From IMG/VR virus record IMGVR_UViG_2645727946_000002: 30,333 nt of DNA, one strand, 5' to 3'. Below the pieces are notes generated by a model. That model did no database searches. It was not told the DNA's origin and worked only from the letters and a program-made list of their open reading frames with translations. Source of the stretch: a virus (lineage: Duplodnaviria > Heunggongvirae > Uroviricota > Caudoviricetes). Positions 22,543 to 30,333 of this stretch are shown piece after piece. A program made the translations under genes and the position numbers. The stretch's first letter is position 1, and each line of letters opens with the position of its first letter.

Positions 22543-22886
22543 AGGTCAGCGAACTACAAGGCGCTCAACTCGACTATTGGGTCGGCCGTGCGGCTGGTTG
22601 GCATCCGACGATCCTCGGCGGTCGGTGCATGCAAGGTCGGGAGACGTCACACGAATGGATCGAATATGAACCGTGGTCGCCGTCGACGGACTGGGCGATT
22701 GGTGGTCGGGTCATTGAGCGCGAGAGGATCAGCATAAATCTCTACGGCTACGGCAGGGAGTGGGGCGCGTGGACGAGGGGGAGTTGTTACGAGACGGATG
22801 CGCCAGATGGAACTGGCGCAACGCCGCTCATCGCTGCTATGCGCGCCTATGTCGCATCGAAGTTTGGCTGGAAGGTCGAGTCGTGA
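22539..22886 (+). CDS. NinX / DUF2591 family protein (115 aa)
   Basis: MKVSELQGAQLDYWV...WSPSTDWAIGGRVIERERI...TPLIAAMRAYVASKFG. Confidence 0.85.
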   Translation: MKVSELQGAQLDYWVGRAAGWHPTILGGRCMQGRETSHEWIEYEPWSPSTDWAIGGRVIERERISINLYGYGREWGAWTRGSCYETDAPDGTGATPLIAAMRAYVASKFGWKVES

Positions 22887-23299
22887 AGCGATCAGCGCCA
22901 ATGAAGCGAACGGGATTCAAACGAAAGCGGCATTCGCCGTTCAGCAGCCTGACGCGAACGGCGACGCTGAAGCGTCAGAAGGCGATCGTGAAGCGGATCA
23001 AGCGGCCGACCGTCGCCGAGGGTTCGAAGTATTTGGCGGCGTGCCGCGGCGAACCGTGCTTTCTGCGTGTGCCGGGTGTGTGCCGTCTTAACCCGCTCGA
23101 CGAAACCGTTGTGCCGTGCCACTCGAACCAATCGCGCCACGGGAAGGCCGGGGCGATGAAGGCGATAAACGAATTTACGGTTCCCGGTTGCGTCGCGTGT
23201 CACGCGTGGATCGATCAGAACCGGGTCGGCACGCCGAAGCAGGCCAAGTTCGATGTGTGGGATCGGGCATATGAGGAATGGGAGCCGGTACGGGCTTGA
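22883..23299 (+). CDS. DUF1364/YbcO-like putative His-Cys nuclease (138 aa)
   Basis: GTGA overlap. Motif CRGEPCFLRVPGVC...TVVPCHSN...GCVACHAWID. Confidence 0.82.
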   Translation: MKRSAPMKRTGFKRKRHSPFSSLTRTATLKRQKAIVKRIKRPTVAEGSKYLAACRGEPCFLRVPGVCRLNPLDETVVPCHSNQSRHGKAGAMKAINEFTVPGCVACHAWIDQNRVGTPKQAKFDVWDRAYEEWEPVRA

Positions 23300-23322
23300 A
23301 AGATGGGAGAAGCAAATTGCCA

Positions 23323-23661
23323 GTGAGGATGTGGGTTGAGATTCCGGACGGCTCGTATAGCGTGCCGAGACATCGCGGACGTGGCGGAATTATCGTCTGT
23401 GAGCGGAAGCGCGAGATCGACGCGACAGTATTTCGAATCGCTCGAATCGCAACCGTCAAGCGCCAGTTGGTCGCGGCCGTCGAGGTGGATGCGTTTATTC
23501 CCGAAATGCATCGATCGCGCATCCCGGAGTGCGATGGCCGTTGGGTGGAGCTGGGCGTTTTTCGGACGAAGGCATACGTGCATCGCAATAGGCATTCGGG
23601 CGTGCTCGGCGCATTCATCGAGAGCGGAGATAGCGCATGGGACGTGCGGGGGATGTCGTGA
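23323..23661 (+). CDS. Hypothetical phage protein (about 112 aa)
   Basis: GTG 23323 (or TTG 23317) follows GGGAG. Coupled to the next gene. Confidence 0.7.
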   Translation: MRMWVEIPDGSYSVPRHRGRGGIIVCERKREIDATVFRIARIATVKRQLVAAVEVDAFIPEMHRSRIPECDGRWVELGVFRTKAYVHRNRHSGVLGAFIESGDSAWDVRGMS

Positions 23662-23897
23662 GCGCCTATCTCTACTTCGACCAGGGCGAGATTGCGGAGC
23701 CCGTGGCAAAGATGGCGGTGCGTCGCAACGAAGCAAGCACGGGTCGCCGCGTCATCGCGTTTCCGGGCTGCCCGCTCGAAGGCGTCGAACTCAAGGGCGG
23801 CCAAATCGAGATGCGGTTTCCGCGCAGCGAGGAGATACGCACTGTCCTGATTAACTGGCTGATGTACTGGGGAATCCCGTTTCGAGTCCTGCCATGA
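23658..23897 (+). CDS. Hypothetical phage protein (79 aa)
   Basis: GTGA and ATGA overlaps on both sides. Confidence 0.7.
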   Translation: MSAYLYFDQGEIAEPVAKMAVRRNEASTGRRVIAFPGCPLEGVELKGGQIEMRFPRSEEIRTVLINWLMYWGIPFRVLP

Positions 23898-24337
23898 ACG
23901 AGCAAAACGAACCGACGATCGACGAGAGCAACCAGATAGAGGAACTGCTCGACGAGTGGTACGACTGGCAATCGGGATACACACCGAACCTCGGACATGG
24001 AAGGGTCGCCGCCACGTGCCGAGGCTTCGCCGAAGACGACCGGACCGAAACGGCGGAGGAACGCGCAGAGAAGGCCGATCGGAAGGCGGCAAAGCGGCGC
24101 GCGGAACTGGTTGACGTCTGCGTCGATGCATTGGCATGGCAGGAGCGCGCAGCGATTCAGCAGCACATGAAGGCGAAGCGCGTTAGCGAGATGAACCGGG
24201 AATGCGGTGCGCGCGTCTGGCTCAATCCTCGCCGGTCCGCTTTGCTGGACGCGCATGCGACGTATCAGCAGGCGAAGCGGTCGATTCTTGGGCCGCTGAA
24301 ACGTCGCGGCCTGCTGAAGTGTCCCGAAATACTGTAG
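23894..24337 (+). CDS. Q-like late antiterminator (147 aa)
   Basis: Last gene of the early-right operon, with pattern IEELLDEWYDWQ...VDVCVDALAWQERAAI...LKRRGLL. It is followed by a pR'/tR'-like unit. Confidence 0.65.
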   Translation: MNEQNEPTIDESNQIEELLDEWYDWQSGYTPNLGHGRVAATCRGFAEDDRTETAEERAEKADRKAAKRRAELVDVCVDALAWQERAAIQQHMKAKRVSEMNRECGARVWLNPRRSALLDAHATYQQAKRSILGPLKRRGLLKCPEIL

Positions 24338-24378
24338 CTACAAAAATACTTGCAATTGTTATTAACCGTAACTACAAT
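24333..24378 (+). promoter_or_regulatory. brnTA promoter and palindromic operators
   Basis: TTGCAA (24350-24355)-N17-TACAAT (24373-24378). Palindrome TGTAGCTACA (24333-24342) and variant CGTAACTACA (24367-24376). Confidence 0.75.
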
Positions 24379-24385
24379 AATTTGC

Positions 24386-24655
24386 ATGGACATCACCTTT
24401 GACCCGACCAAGAACGAAACGAACATTGCCAAGCATGGAGTGTCGTTGGCGCTTGCAGCGCAACTCGACTGGTCGGACGTGTTGTCCTACGTGGACGACC
24501 GACGCGACTACAGTGAAGTGCGCGAAGTCGGGTTCGGTGTGATCGGCGATCGCCTCTATTGCGTGGTGTTCACGCAGCGCGGCGACTCGATGCACATCAT
24601 CAGCATGCGTAAGGCGAACAAGCGGGAGGTCAAGAGCTATGTCGAGCAAGCGTAA
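24386..24655 (+). CDS. brnT: BrnT family ribonuclease toxin (89 aa)
   Basis: FDPTKNETNIAKHGVSL...DDRRDYSEVRE...VVFTQRG...IISMRKANKRE. Confidence 0.93.
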   Translation: MDITFDPTKNETNIAKHGVSLALAAQLDWSDVLSYVDDRRDYSEVREVGFGVIGDRLYCVVFTQRGDSMHIISMRKANKREVKSYVEQA

Positions 24656-24923
24656 GATCGTCATGCCGACGGACGAGGAAGACGCGGCAATCAACCGCGG
24701 CATCGCGGCCGATCCCGACACGTTCGAAGTGCCGGCGGAAGACTTCGCGAAGATGACGCGGCGAGGCAAGCGTGGTCGTCCGCCGCTCGAAGCGCCCAAG
24801 GTGCAATTGACGGTGCGCTATGACGTCGACATTGTCGACGCCTTCAAAGCGACGGGCGAAGGTTGGCAGACGCGTATGAATGATGCGTTGCGCGAGTGGC
24901 TGAGGGAACATCAGCCTGCGTAG
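24639..24923 (+). CDS. brnA: BrnA family antitoxin (94 aa)
   Basis: RGRPP...KVQLTVRYDVDIVDAFKATGEGWQTRMNDALR. Overlaps brnT by 17 bp. Confidence 0.93.
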   Translation: MSSKRKIVMPTDEEDAAINRGIAADPDTFEVPAEDFAKMTRRGKRGRPPLEAPKVQLTVRYDVDIVDAFKATGEGWQTRMNDALREWLREHQPA

Positions 24924-24952
24924 CGCTCGTTCGACGACGCGATAAAAAGAGG

Positions 24953-24981
24953 TTGTAAACCGCGCCGCGTTTCGCTATATT
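24953..24981 (+). promoter_or_regulatory. Late promoter pR'-like
   Basis: TTGTAA-N17-TATATT, followed within about 30 nt by a terminator. Confidence 0.75.
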
Positions 24982-25012
24982 GACGACGTCGGGCGGGAGG
25001 TGCGCCCAAAGT

Positions 25013-25044
25013 AAGCCCGCTCAGTTTGCTGCGCGGGCTTTTTC
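25013..25044 (+). terminator. tR'-like terminator
   Basis: Stem AAGCCCGC(25013-25020)/GCGGGCTT(25033-25040) followed by TTT. Confidence 0.75.
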
Positions 25045-25127
25045 TCGTGGCTGCGGCAAATTTAGCTTTTTGCCTAAATGATCGCGAGGCTCAAATATTT
25101 GCTAGGATTTCATCTCCGTTACGGGGT

Positions 25128-26096
25128 GTGAAATTGAATAAATATGAGAGAAGGGCCGGGTTCTACGATGTCAGCATTAGCTCGATGTCGAGGACATTCA
25201 AAGCCCCTGCAGTGCTATCGACGAAGCGATGCTTCGAGCTCATTGAGTGCCTTGAGCCGCAGGAGCGGCTCAAGGCGTACAAAAACGAGGGCGAAATATA
25301 CTACGTGCAGCAAATGCGCTGGGATGACAACGACGTTTGCTGTCTGCTGATCAACAAGTGTGACAAGTTGGCGGCCGATCCCTGTTTCTCGGATCCGCAG
25401 AATCTCCTTTGGCGTGCTGTCAACAAGATGGTGGGCGAAGGAATGGATTATTCGTGCCACATCATCGTTAGAGCTAGTCCTGATCCACTAGCTACCGGAC
25501 TGGCAATCGTAGAAGCTGTACAGGGTATGCCGCCGCCCAAAATTCAGCAGTTCCTCAACGCCTTGATGAGGGCGGTGAAAGCGAAATTCCCTGATGAGTT
25601 TAAGTTTGCTCATCCAAATGGAGCAGTGGACAAAAAGGGCAATCCAACTACATATAGCGCGAGGATGATGATTTCTCTCGACGGTCACGTGTCAGAGTCT
25701 TTGGAGCACGATTTGACGGAGGGGGCAATCGGTGGTGTAGAGCTCATTACCGAGCGCAACGCCGAAGTGCAGCTTGATCAAGCTGGTTTCGTTCGCGAAA
25801 AAAAGGCGCAGTTGGAGGTGTCGCTGTCGACGGCGCTTGCGAAAGCCAGGAAGGTTCCCGTACTCCGGGCATTCTTGAACAGCAAGAGCGACGCGTACGA
25901 GAAAGCTCGAATTCGGTTCACCACCGATACTGGCGACCCTAGAACGGTGACAGTGCGCTCTGGTGATTTCACGGTTGGGCTGGATACGGCATATGTCAAG
26001 CGTGCGGTGCTTAACGGATTCAACAAACATCTGGGCCAGTCATACACTGAACTTAACGAAGAAATGCTCGAGAAACTGAAGGGCCTTCTGGTTTGA
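25128..26096 (+). CDS. Soluble hypothetical protein (322 aa), candidate defence sensor
   Basis: GTG 25128 follows GGGG. The gene is more AT-rich than its flanks, has no hydrophobic helices, and ends 1 bp before the TM gene. Confidence 0.8.
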   Translation: MKLNKYERRAGFYDVSISSMSRTFKAPAVLSTKRCFELIECLEPQERLKAYKNEGEIYYVQQMRWDDNDVCCLLINKCDKLAADPCFSDPQNLLWRAVNKMVGEGMDYSCHIIVRASPDPLATGLAIVEAVQGMPPPKIQQFLNALMRAVKAKFPDEFKFAHPNGAVDKKGNPTTYSARMMISLDGHVSESLEHDLTEGAIGGVELITERNAEVQLDQAGFVREKKAQLEVSLSTALAKARKVPVLRAFLNSKSDAYEKARIRFTTDTGDPRTVTVRSGDFTVGLDTAYVKRAVLNGFNKHLGQSYTELNEEMLEKLKGLLV

Positions 26097-26097
26097 T

Positions 26098-26676
26098 ATG
26101 TTCACCTACCATCTATTCCGGCCGTTTGCATATTTGGGTATAGCGTACCCAAATAAATGGCGACTCGATTGGTTGATTCCGCTGATATTGAGCGCAATCA
26201 GCACGGCGATGTTCGCCGCCCTTGCTTTGATTCGCCCCTTGTCTGTCATCGGTGACGGCGGACTGGTCGCGAAGGTTGTGATGGTGATTCAGACTCTGCC
26301 GGGTTTCTACATTGCAGCGTTGGCCGCAATTGCCACCTTCAACAGAATCGACATTGATAGGCTGATGCCTGCTCCGTCCCCAAGATTAAATGTACTGGTG
26401 CGCGGGCAGAAAGTGCCAATGGACTTGACGCGTCGGCGGTTCCTCTGTGTCCTGCTTGCATTTCTTACGGCAGAAAGCTTAATACTCTTGATCGGTGCAG
26501 TTTTCGGTCAAACGATTGGTCCCGCGATCAGAGCGCTCATAAACGAAAAGTATCATTTTGCTGCGTTGTATTTTGGGCTCTTTTTCTATTTGCTCTTGTT
26601 TTGGCAAATGATGGTTGTGACTTTCGTGGGATTGTTCTACCTCGGAGATCGCATACATCAACCTGACGACGCGTGA
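26098..26676 (+). CDS. Four-TM membrane protein (192 aa), candidate defence effector
   Basis: Four hydrophobic segments, with motifs LPGFYIAALAAIATF, LTRRRFLC and FYLGDRIH. Confidence 0.85.
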   Translation: MFTYHLFRPFAYLGIAYPNKWRLDWLIPLILSAISTAMFAALALIRPLSVIGDGGLVAKVVMVIQTLPGFYIAALAAIATFNRIDIDRLMPAPSPRLNVLVRGQKVPMDLTRRRFLCVLLAFLTAESLILLIGAVFGQTIGPAIRALINEKYHFAALYFGLFFYLLLFWQMMVVTFVGLFYLGDRIHQPDDA

Positions 26677-26703
26677 TCCCAATCACACGCAGAATTTCAC
26701 AAG

Positions 26704-26741
26704 ACGCCCGTAAGGTGAGAACTTTGCGGGCGTTTTCCTTT
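26704..26741 (+). terminator. Terminator closing the two-gene moron
   Basis: ACGCCCGTAAGG/CTTTGCGGGCGT stem followed by TTTCCTTT. Confidence 0.7.
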
Positions 26742-26764
26742 ATGCGGTGGTGTGACATAAATCT

Positions 26765-27121
26765 ATGCCGGCTCGCACTATGAGGCCATGCAAGCATCGC
26801 GGCTGCAACGCACTCGTCCCGGGTGGCATGTCGCACTGCGCAGTGCATGCGAAGGAGATCTCCAATTGGAAGCCGGACGCGGTGCGCGGCAATCGCCATG
26901 CGCGGGGATACGGAACCGCGTGGGACAAGATCAGGCAGCGCATCCTGCGTCGCGACAGCGGCCTGTGTCAGCCCTGCCTGCAAGCCGGGCGCGTGACGCC
27001 GGCAACTGCTGTCGACCACGTTATCTCGAAGGCGCGCGGCGGGACAGATCGCGATGAGAACCTGCAAGCGATCTGTCGTGACTGTCATGCAACTAAGACG
27101 GCGCGCGAGCGGTTGCGGTGA
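26765..27121 (+). CDS. Terminase-associated HNH endonuclease, HK97 gp74-like (118 aa)
   Basis: RDSGLCQPC...VDHVISKARGGTDRDENLQAICRDCH. Located just before cos and terS. Confidence 0.92.
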   Translation: MPARTMRPCKHRGCNALVPGGMSHCAVHAKEISNWKPDAVRGNRHARGYGTAWDKIRQRILRRDSGLCQPCLQAGRVTPATAVDHVISKARGGTDRDENLQAICRDCHATKTARERLR

Positions 27122-27199
27122 CACGGGAGCGGCCCCGCCCGGCGGATGCGCCGGGCGAGGAGGGGGGTGAAAAAGTCTGGGAGGCGCTGCCTCCGGGAC

Positions 27200-27209
27200 C
27201 GCCCGCTTC
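27200..27209 (+). other. cos site CGCCCGCTTC
   Basis: Lies between HNH and terS. As recalled, it is the same 10-nt 3' cohesive end as Burkholderia phages phiE125/phi1026b. Confidence 0.8.
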
Positions 27210-27258
27210 GTCAAATTTTCACGCCCGCGAAAAATGAAATTTAAAGGTTGAGCAAAAC

Positions 27259-27735
27259 ATGCCCGGAGTTGCGGGCCGCTCCGGACGTCGACCGAAGCCC
27301 GTTGCAAGAAAAGAGGCCGCCGGTAATCCGGGCAAGCGGCAGTTGAATACCCAAGAGCCCGATTTCGGGCTGGTGACAAATATCGATCCGCCGGAATGGC
27401 TTGATCCGCTGGCGGTCGAGATGTGGGAGCGCGTTGCGCCCCTGCTCTGCAAGCAGAAGATTCTCCAGTTCACGGACCTGCATAACGTCGAGATTTTTTG
27501 CGCGGCATACGGCAACTGGCGACGCGCGCAAGAGCAGCTGGCGCGTGAAGGCCCGGTGGTAGAAGGGGCACAGGGCGGCCCGGTGAAAAACCCGGCCGCG
27601 ACCGTCGTGAAAGAGGCAGCCGGCCAGATGGCGACGTTCGGCGCGATGCTCGGGCTCGATCCGTCGAGCCGTCAGCGTCTGATCGGCCCGAAAAAGAAGA
27701 ACGCCGGCAATCCCTTTGCCGATCTGCTGGGTTGA
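27259..27735 (+). CDS. terS: Terminase small subunit, P27 family (158 aa)
   Basis: GRRPKP...GNPGKR, PPEWLD, KNPA, LGLDPSSRQRL. Confidence 0.95.
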   Translation: MPGVAGRSGRRPKPVARKEAAGNPGKRQLNTQEPDFGLVTNIDPPEWLDPLAVEMWERVAPLLCKQKILQFTDLHNVEIFCAAYGNWRRAQEQLAREGPVVEGAQGGPVKNPAATVVKEAAGQMATFGAMLGLDPSSRQRLIGPKKKNAGNPFADLLG

Positions 27736-27738
27736 CGC

Positions 27739-29457
27739 ATGGCACGAGAGTCTTTTCCGCTGGTCGCGCGAGCGAACCAGTTTGCACGTGACGTCGTGCG
27801 CGGGAAGGTGCCGGCATGTCGGTGGGTGATTCTCGCGTGCCAGCGTCATCTGGACGATCTCGCGGCGAGCAAGTCGGCCGCGTTCAAGTACAAATTTGAC
27901 CCGGCAAAAGCGGAAAAGAAGCTGCGGCTGATTCAGCTTTTGCCGCATACGAAGGGCGAATGGGCCTACAAGCGCCAGCTCGTGACGCTCGAGCGGTGGC
28001 AGCTGTTCGGCTTGGCTTGCACGTTCGGCTGGGTTAGGAAGAAGACGGGATTTCGGCGCTTTCGCGAGTCGTACTGGGAGGTGCCGCGCAAGAACGGCAA
28101 AAGCGTGATCGCCGCGGGCGTCGGGATTGCGATGTTTACCGCCGACGACGAATTCGGCGCCGAGGTGTATTGCGGCGCGACGACCGAGCGGCAGGCTTGG
28201 GAAGTCTTTCGGCCGGCGCGGCTGATGGTGAAGCGCTCGCCGCTGCTCATCGAACACCTCGGCATTGAGGTTAACGCACAGGCGTTGAATCGGCCCGAAG
28301 ACGGTAGCCGCTTCGAGCCAATCATCGGCAATCCGGGCGATGGCGCGTCGCCGTCCTGCGCGATCGAGGACGAGTATCACGAGCACGATACGAACGCGCA
28401 GTACGAAACCATGCTCACGGGGATGGGCGCGCGCCGGCAGCCGTTGATGTTCGTCATCACGACGGCGGGTGCCAACATCGAAGGGCCGTGCTACGACAAG
28501 CGCCGGCAGGTGATCGAAATGCTCGAAGGGACGGTGCCCGACGACGAGCTTTTCGGGTGGATCTGGACCATCGACGAAGACGACGATTGGACCGAGCCGC
28601 GCGTGCTCGCGAAAGCCAACCCGAACATCGGCATCTCGGTCTATCAGGAGTATCTGGAGAGCCAGCAGCAACGCGCGATCAAATCGGCACGGTTCACGAA
28701 CACGTTCAAGACGAAACACCTGAACGTGTGGACGTCGGCGAAGGCGGGCTATTTCAACCTCGAAGACTGGAAGGCGTGCGAGGACCGATCGTTGTCGCTC
28801 GAACAGTTCGAGGGACAGGACTGCGTGCTGGCGCTGGACATGGCGCGCAAGCTGGACTTGAACAGCATGGCGCGGCTTTTCTGGCGCGATATCGACGGGC
28901 GGCGGCATTACTTCTGCGTGGCGCCTCGATTCTGGGTGCCGGAAGACACCGTGCGCAATACCGAAAACCGTCGTATGGCTGAGCGCTATCAGGCGTGGGT
29001 CAACCACGGCTTCCTGATCGAAACGGATGGCGCGGAGATCGACTATCGCGAGATTCTGGAAGAAGCCAAGGAAGCCAACCGGCGGTGCCCGGTTCAATGC
29101 ACGCCGCTCGATCCGCATGGTGCGACGAACCTGTCGCACCAGCTCGCGGACGAGGGCCTGACGCCGGTCACGATCGTGCAGAACTACACGAACATGTCGG
29201 ACCCAATGAAGGAGCTTGAGGCGGCGATTACGGCGGGCCGATTCCATCACGACGGTAATCCGATCATGACGTGGTGTATCGGCAACGTCATCGGCAAGAA
29301 CCTGCCGGGCAACGACGACGTGGTGCGTCCGATCAAGCAAGGCAACGACAACAAGATTGACGGTGCTGTCGCACTAATCATGGCGATAGGCCGCGCCATG
29401 CTTGAAAGTCATGCTGGCTCAATCGACGAGTTCTTCTCGAGTCCGATCATCGTATGA
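27739..29457 (+). CDS. terL: Terminase large subunit (572 aa)
   Basis: Walker A VPRKNGKS, Walker B AIEDEYH, coupling motif ITTAG, nuclease LALDMA and [12 protein letters not shown]. Confidence 0.97.
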   Translation: MARESFPLVARANQFARDVVRGKVPACRWVILACQRHLDDLAASKSAAFKYKFDPAKAEKKLRLIQLLPHTKGEWAYKRQLVTLERWQLFGLACTFGWVRKKTGFRRFRESYWEVPRKNGKSVIAAGVGIAMFTADDEFGAEVYCGATTERQAWEVFRPARLMVKRSPLLIEHLGIEVNAQALNRPEDGSRFEPIIGNPGDGASPSCAIEDEYHEHDTNAQYETMLTGMGARRQPLMFVITTAGANIEGPCYDKRRQVIEMLEGTVPDDELFGWIWTIDEDDDWTEPRVLAKANPNIGISVYQEYLESQQQRAIKSARFTNTFKTKHLNVWTSAKAGYFNLEDWKACEDRSLSLEQFEGQDCVLALDMARKLDLNSMARLFWRDIDGRRHYFCVAPRFWVPEDTVRNTENRRMAERYQAWVNHGFLIETDGAEIDYREILEEAKEANRRCPVQCTPLDPHGATNLSHQLADEGLTPVTIVQNYTNMSDPMKELEAAITAGRFHHDGNPIMTWCIGNVIGKNLPGNDDVVRPIKQGNDNKIDGAVALIMAIGRAMLESHAGSIDEFFSSPIIV

Positions 29458-30333
29458 AGCAAGGCAAACAAAGGGCGCTGGGGCGCATCAAGTCAAGCTT
29501 CTTGAAATGGCTTGGCGTGCCCATTTCGCTGACCGACGGAAGCTTCTGGTCCGCGTGGGGCGGTATGGGGTCATCGAGCGGGGAGACGGTGACGGCCGAT
29601 TCGGCACTTCAGCTATCTGCGGTGTGGTCGTGTGTCCGTCTGATCGCGGAAACTATCGCGACTCTTCCGTTGAATCTCTATCAGACCAAGCCAGACGGAA
29701 CGCGTGTTCTCGCGAAGCAACACCGACTGTACACGGTCATCCATTCTCAGCCAAACGCAGAGAATACGGCGGCCGAGTTCTGGGAAGTGATCGTCGCGAG
29801 CATGCTGCTATGGGGGAATGGGTACGCGAGAAAGCTCCGATCGGCGAGTGTGCTCATCGGCCTTGAACTGATGCTGCCACAGCGTACGACCGTGAAACGC
29901 CTCACAAGTGGAGCGTTGCAATACACCTATCGCAACGTCGATGGAACTGTCAGCACGCTTGCCGAGGACGATGTGTTTCACGTTCGAGGGTTCAGTCTCG
30001 ATGGCTTGATGGGGCTTACGCCGATTCAATACGCACGTGAGGTTCTTGGGAATTCAACGGCCGCGAATAAGACGAGCGCGAGCGTCTTTCGGAATGGGTT
30101 GCGACCGTCAGGTGTGCTCTCGACCGACCAGATTCTCCAGAAAGAAAAACGTGCGGAGATCCGAACGGATCTAGCGGAGCAGTTTGGCGGCGCGATGCAG
30201 GCCGGGAAAACGATGGTGCTGGAAGCCGGGATGAAATACCAGGCCATCACCATGAATCCCGGCGATGTCCAATTGCTGGAGACGCGGGCATTCAACATCG
30301 AAGAGATCTGCCGTTGGTATCGCGTTCCGCCGT
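29454..30333 (+). CDS. Portal protein, HK97 family (truncated by window end)
   Basis: ATG 29454 (ATGA overlap). Hand translation gives [68 protein letters not shown]. Absent from the ORF track because no stop falls inside the window. Confidence 0.95.
   Translation, partial: MKQGKQRALGRIKSSFLKWLGVPISLTDGSFWSAWGGMGSSSGETVTADSALQLSAVWSCVRLIAETIATLPLNLYQTKPDGTRVLAKQHRLYTVIHSQPNAENTAAEFWEVIVASMLLWGNGYARKLRSASVLIGLELMLPQRTTVKRLTSGALQYTYRNVDGTVSTLAEDDVFHVRGFSLDGLMGLTPIQYAREVLGNSTAANKTSASVFRNGLRPSGVLSTDQILQKEKRAEIRTDLAEQFGGAMQAGKTMVLEAGMKYQAITMNPGDVQLLETRAFNIEEICRWYRVPP

Larger units (their letters stand above)
1..30333. mobile_element. Lambdoid HK97-type prophage, partial (int to portal), phiE125/phi1026b-like Burkholderia phage
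   Basis: Gene order int-xis-early left-cI/cro-cII-replication-Q-HNH-cos-terS-terL-portal. No host housekeeping gene is seen. Both prophage ends lie outside the window. Confidence 0.95.

Noticed and set aside
24350-24385. TTG start for brnT at 24350
   Set aside because: This TTG is the -35 hexamer; the family-typical N-terminus begins at ATG 24386.
25026-25127. Hydrophobic N-terminal extension of the 322-aa protein
   Set aside because: It starts inside the tR' hairpin with no RBS. GTG 25128 is preferred, so the protein is treated as soluble.
27241-29340. 699-aa minus-strand ORF
   Set aside because: It is the antisense shadow of terS/terL, explained by codon bias.

Overview
The window is about 30 kb of a lambdoid, HK97-type cos prophage. 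Gene content, GC-rich codon use and the cos decamer CGCCCGCTTC point to the Burkholderia phiE125/phi1026b-like group. It starts at the integrase stop codon, so att lies outside the window, and ends inside the portal gene. The order is: int-xis; a rightward cassette of small genes; a long leftward early operon of mosaic hypothetical genes (DUF5131, Ea22-like, a broken SPFH module); a ~600-nt highly structured PL leader with a boxA-like site and a terminator; an immunity-region lipoprotein and a DUF6978-like/DUF1828-like gene pair; a LexA-box-controlled small gene converging on a peptidase-less CI repressor; OR, cro and cII; adenine and cytosine methyltransferases, the latter dual-coded over 1.4 kb with the second frame running into a ParB-like gene; a replication initiator with iterons; nin-like genes; a Q-like gene; brnTA; pR'/tR'; a soluble + 4-TM gene pair; HNH, cos, terS, terL and portal. 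The most notable observations are (1) a probable SOS-antirepressor induction switch, (2) the overlapping-frame methyltransferase/ParB locus, (3) two candidate two-gene anti-phage systems and (4) the structured, N-less left leader RNA. All family assignments come from motifs recognised by eye; no database search was run.
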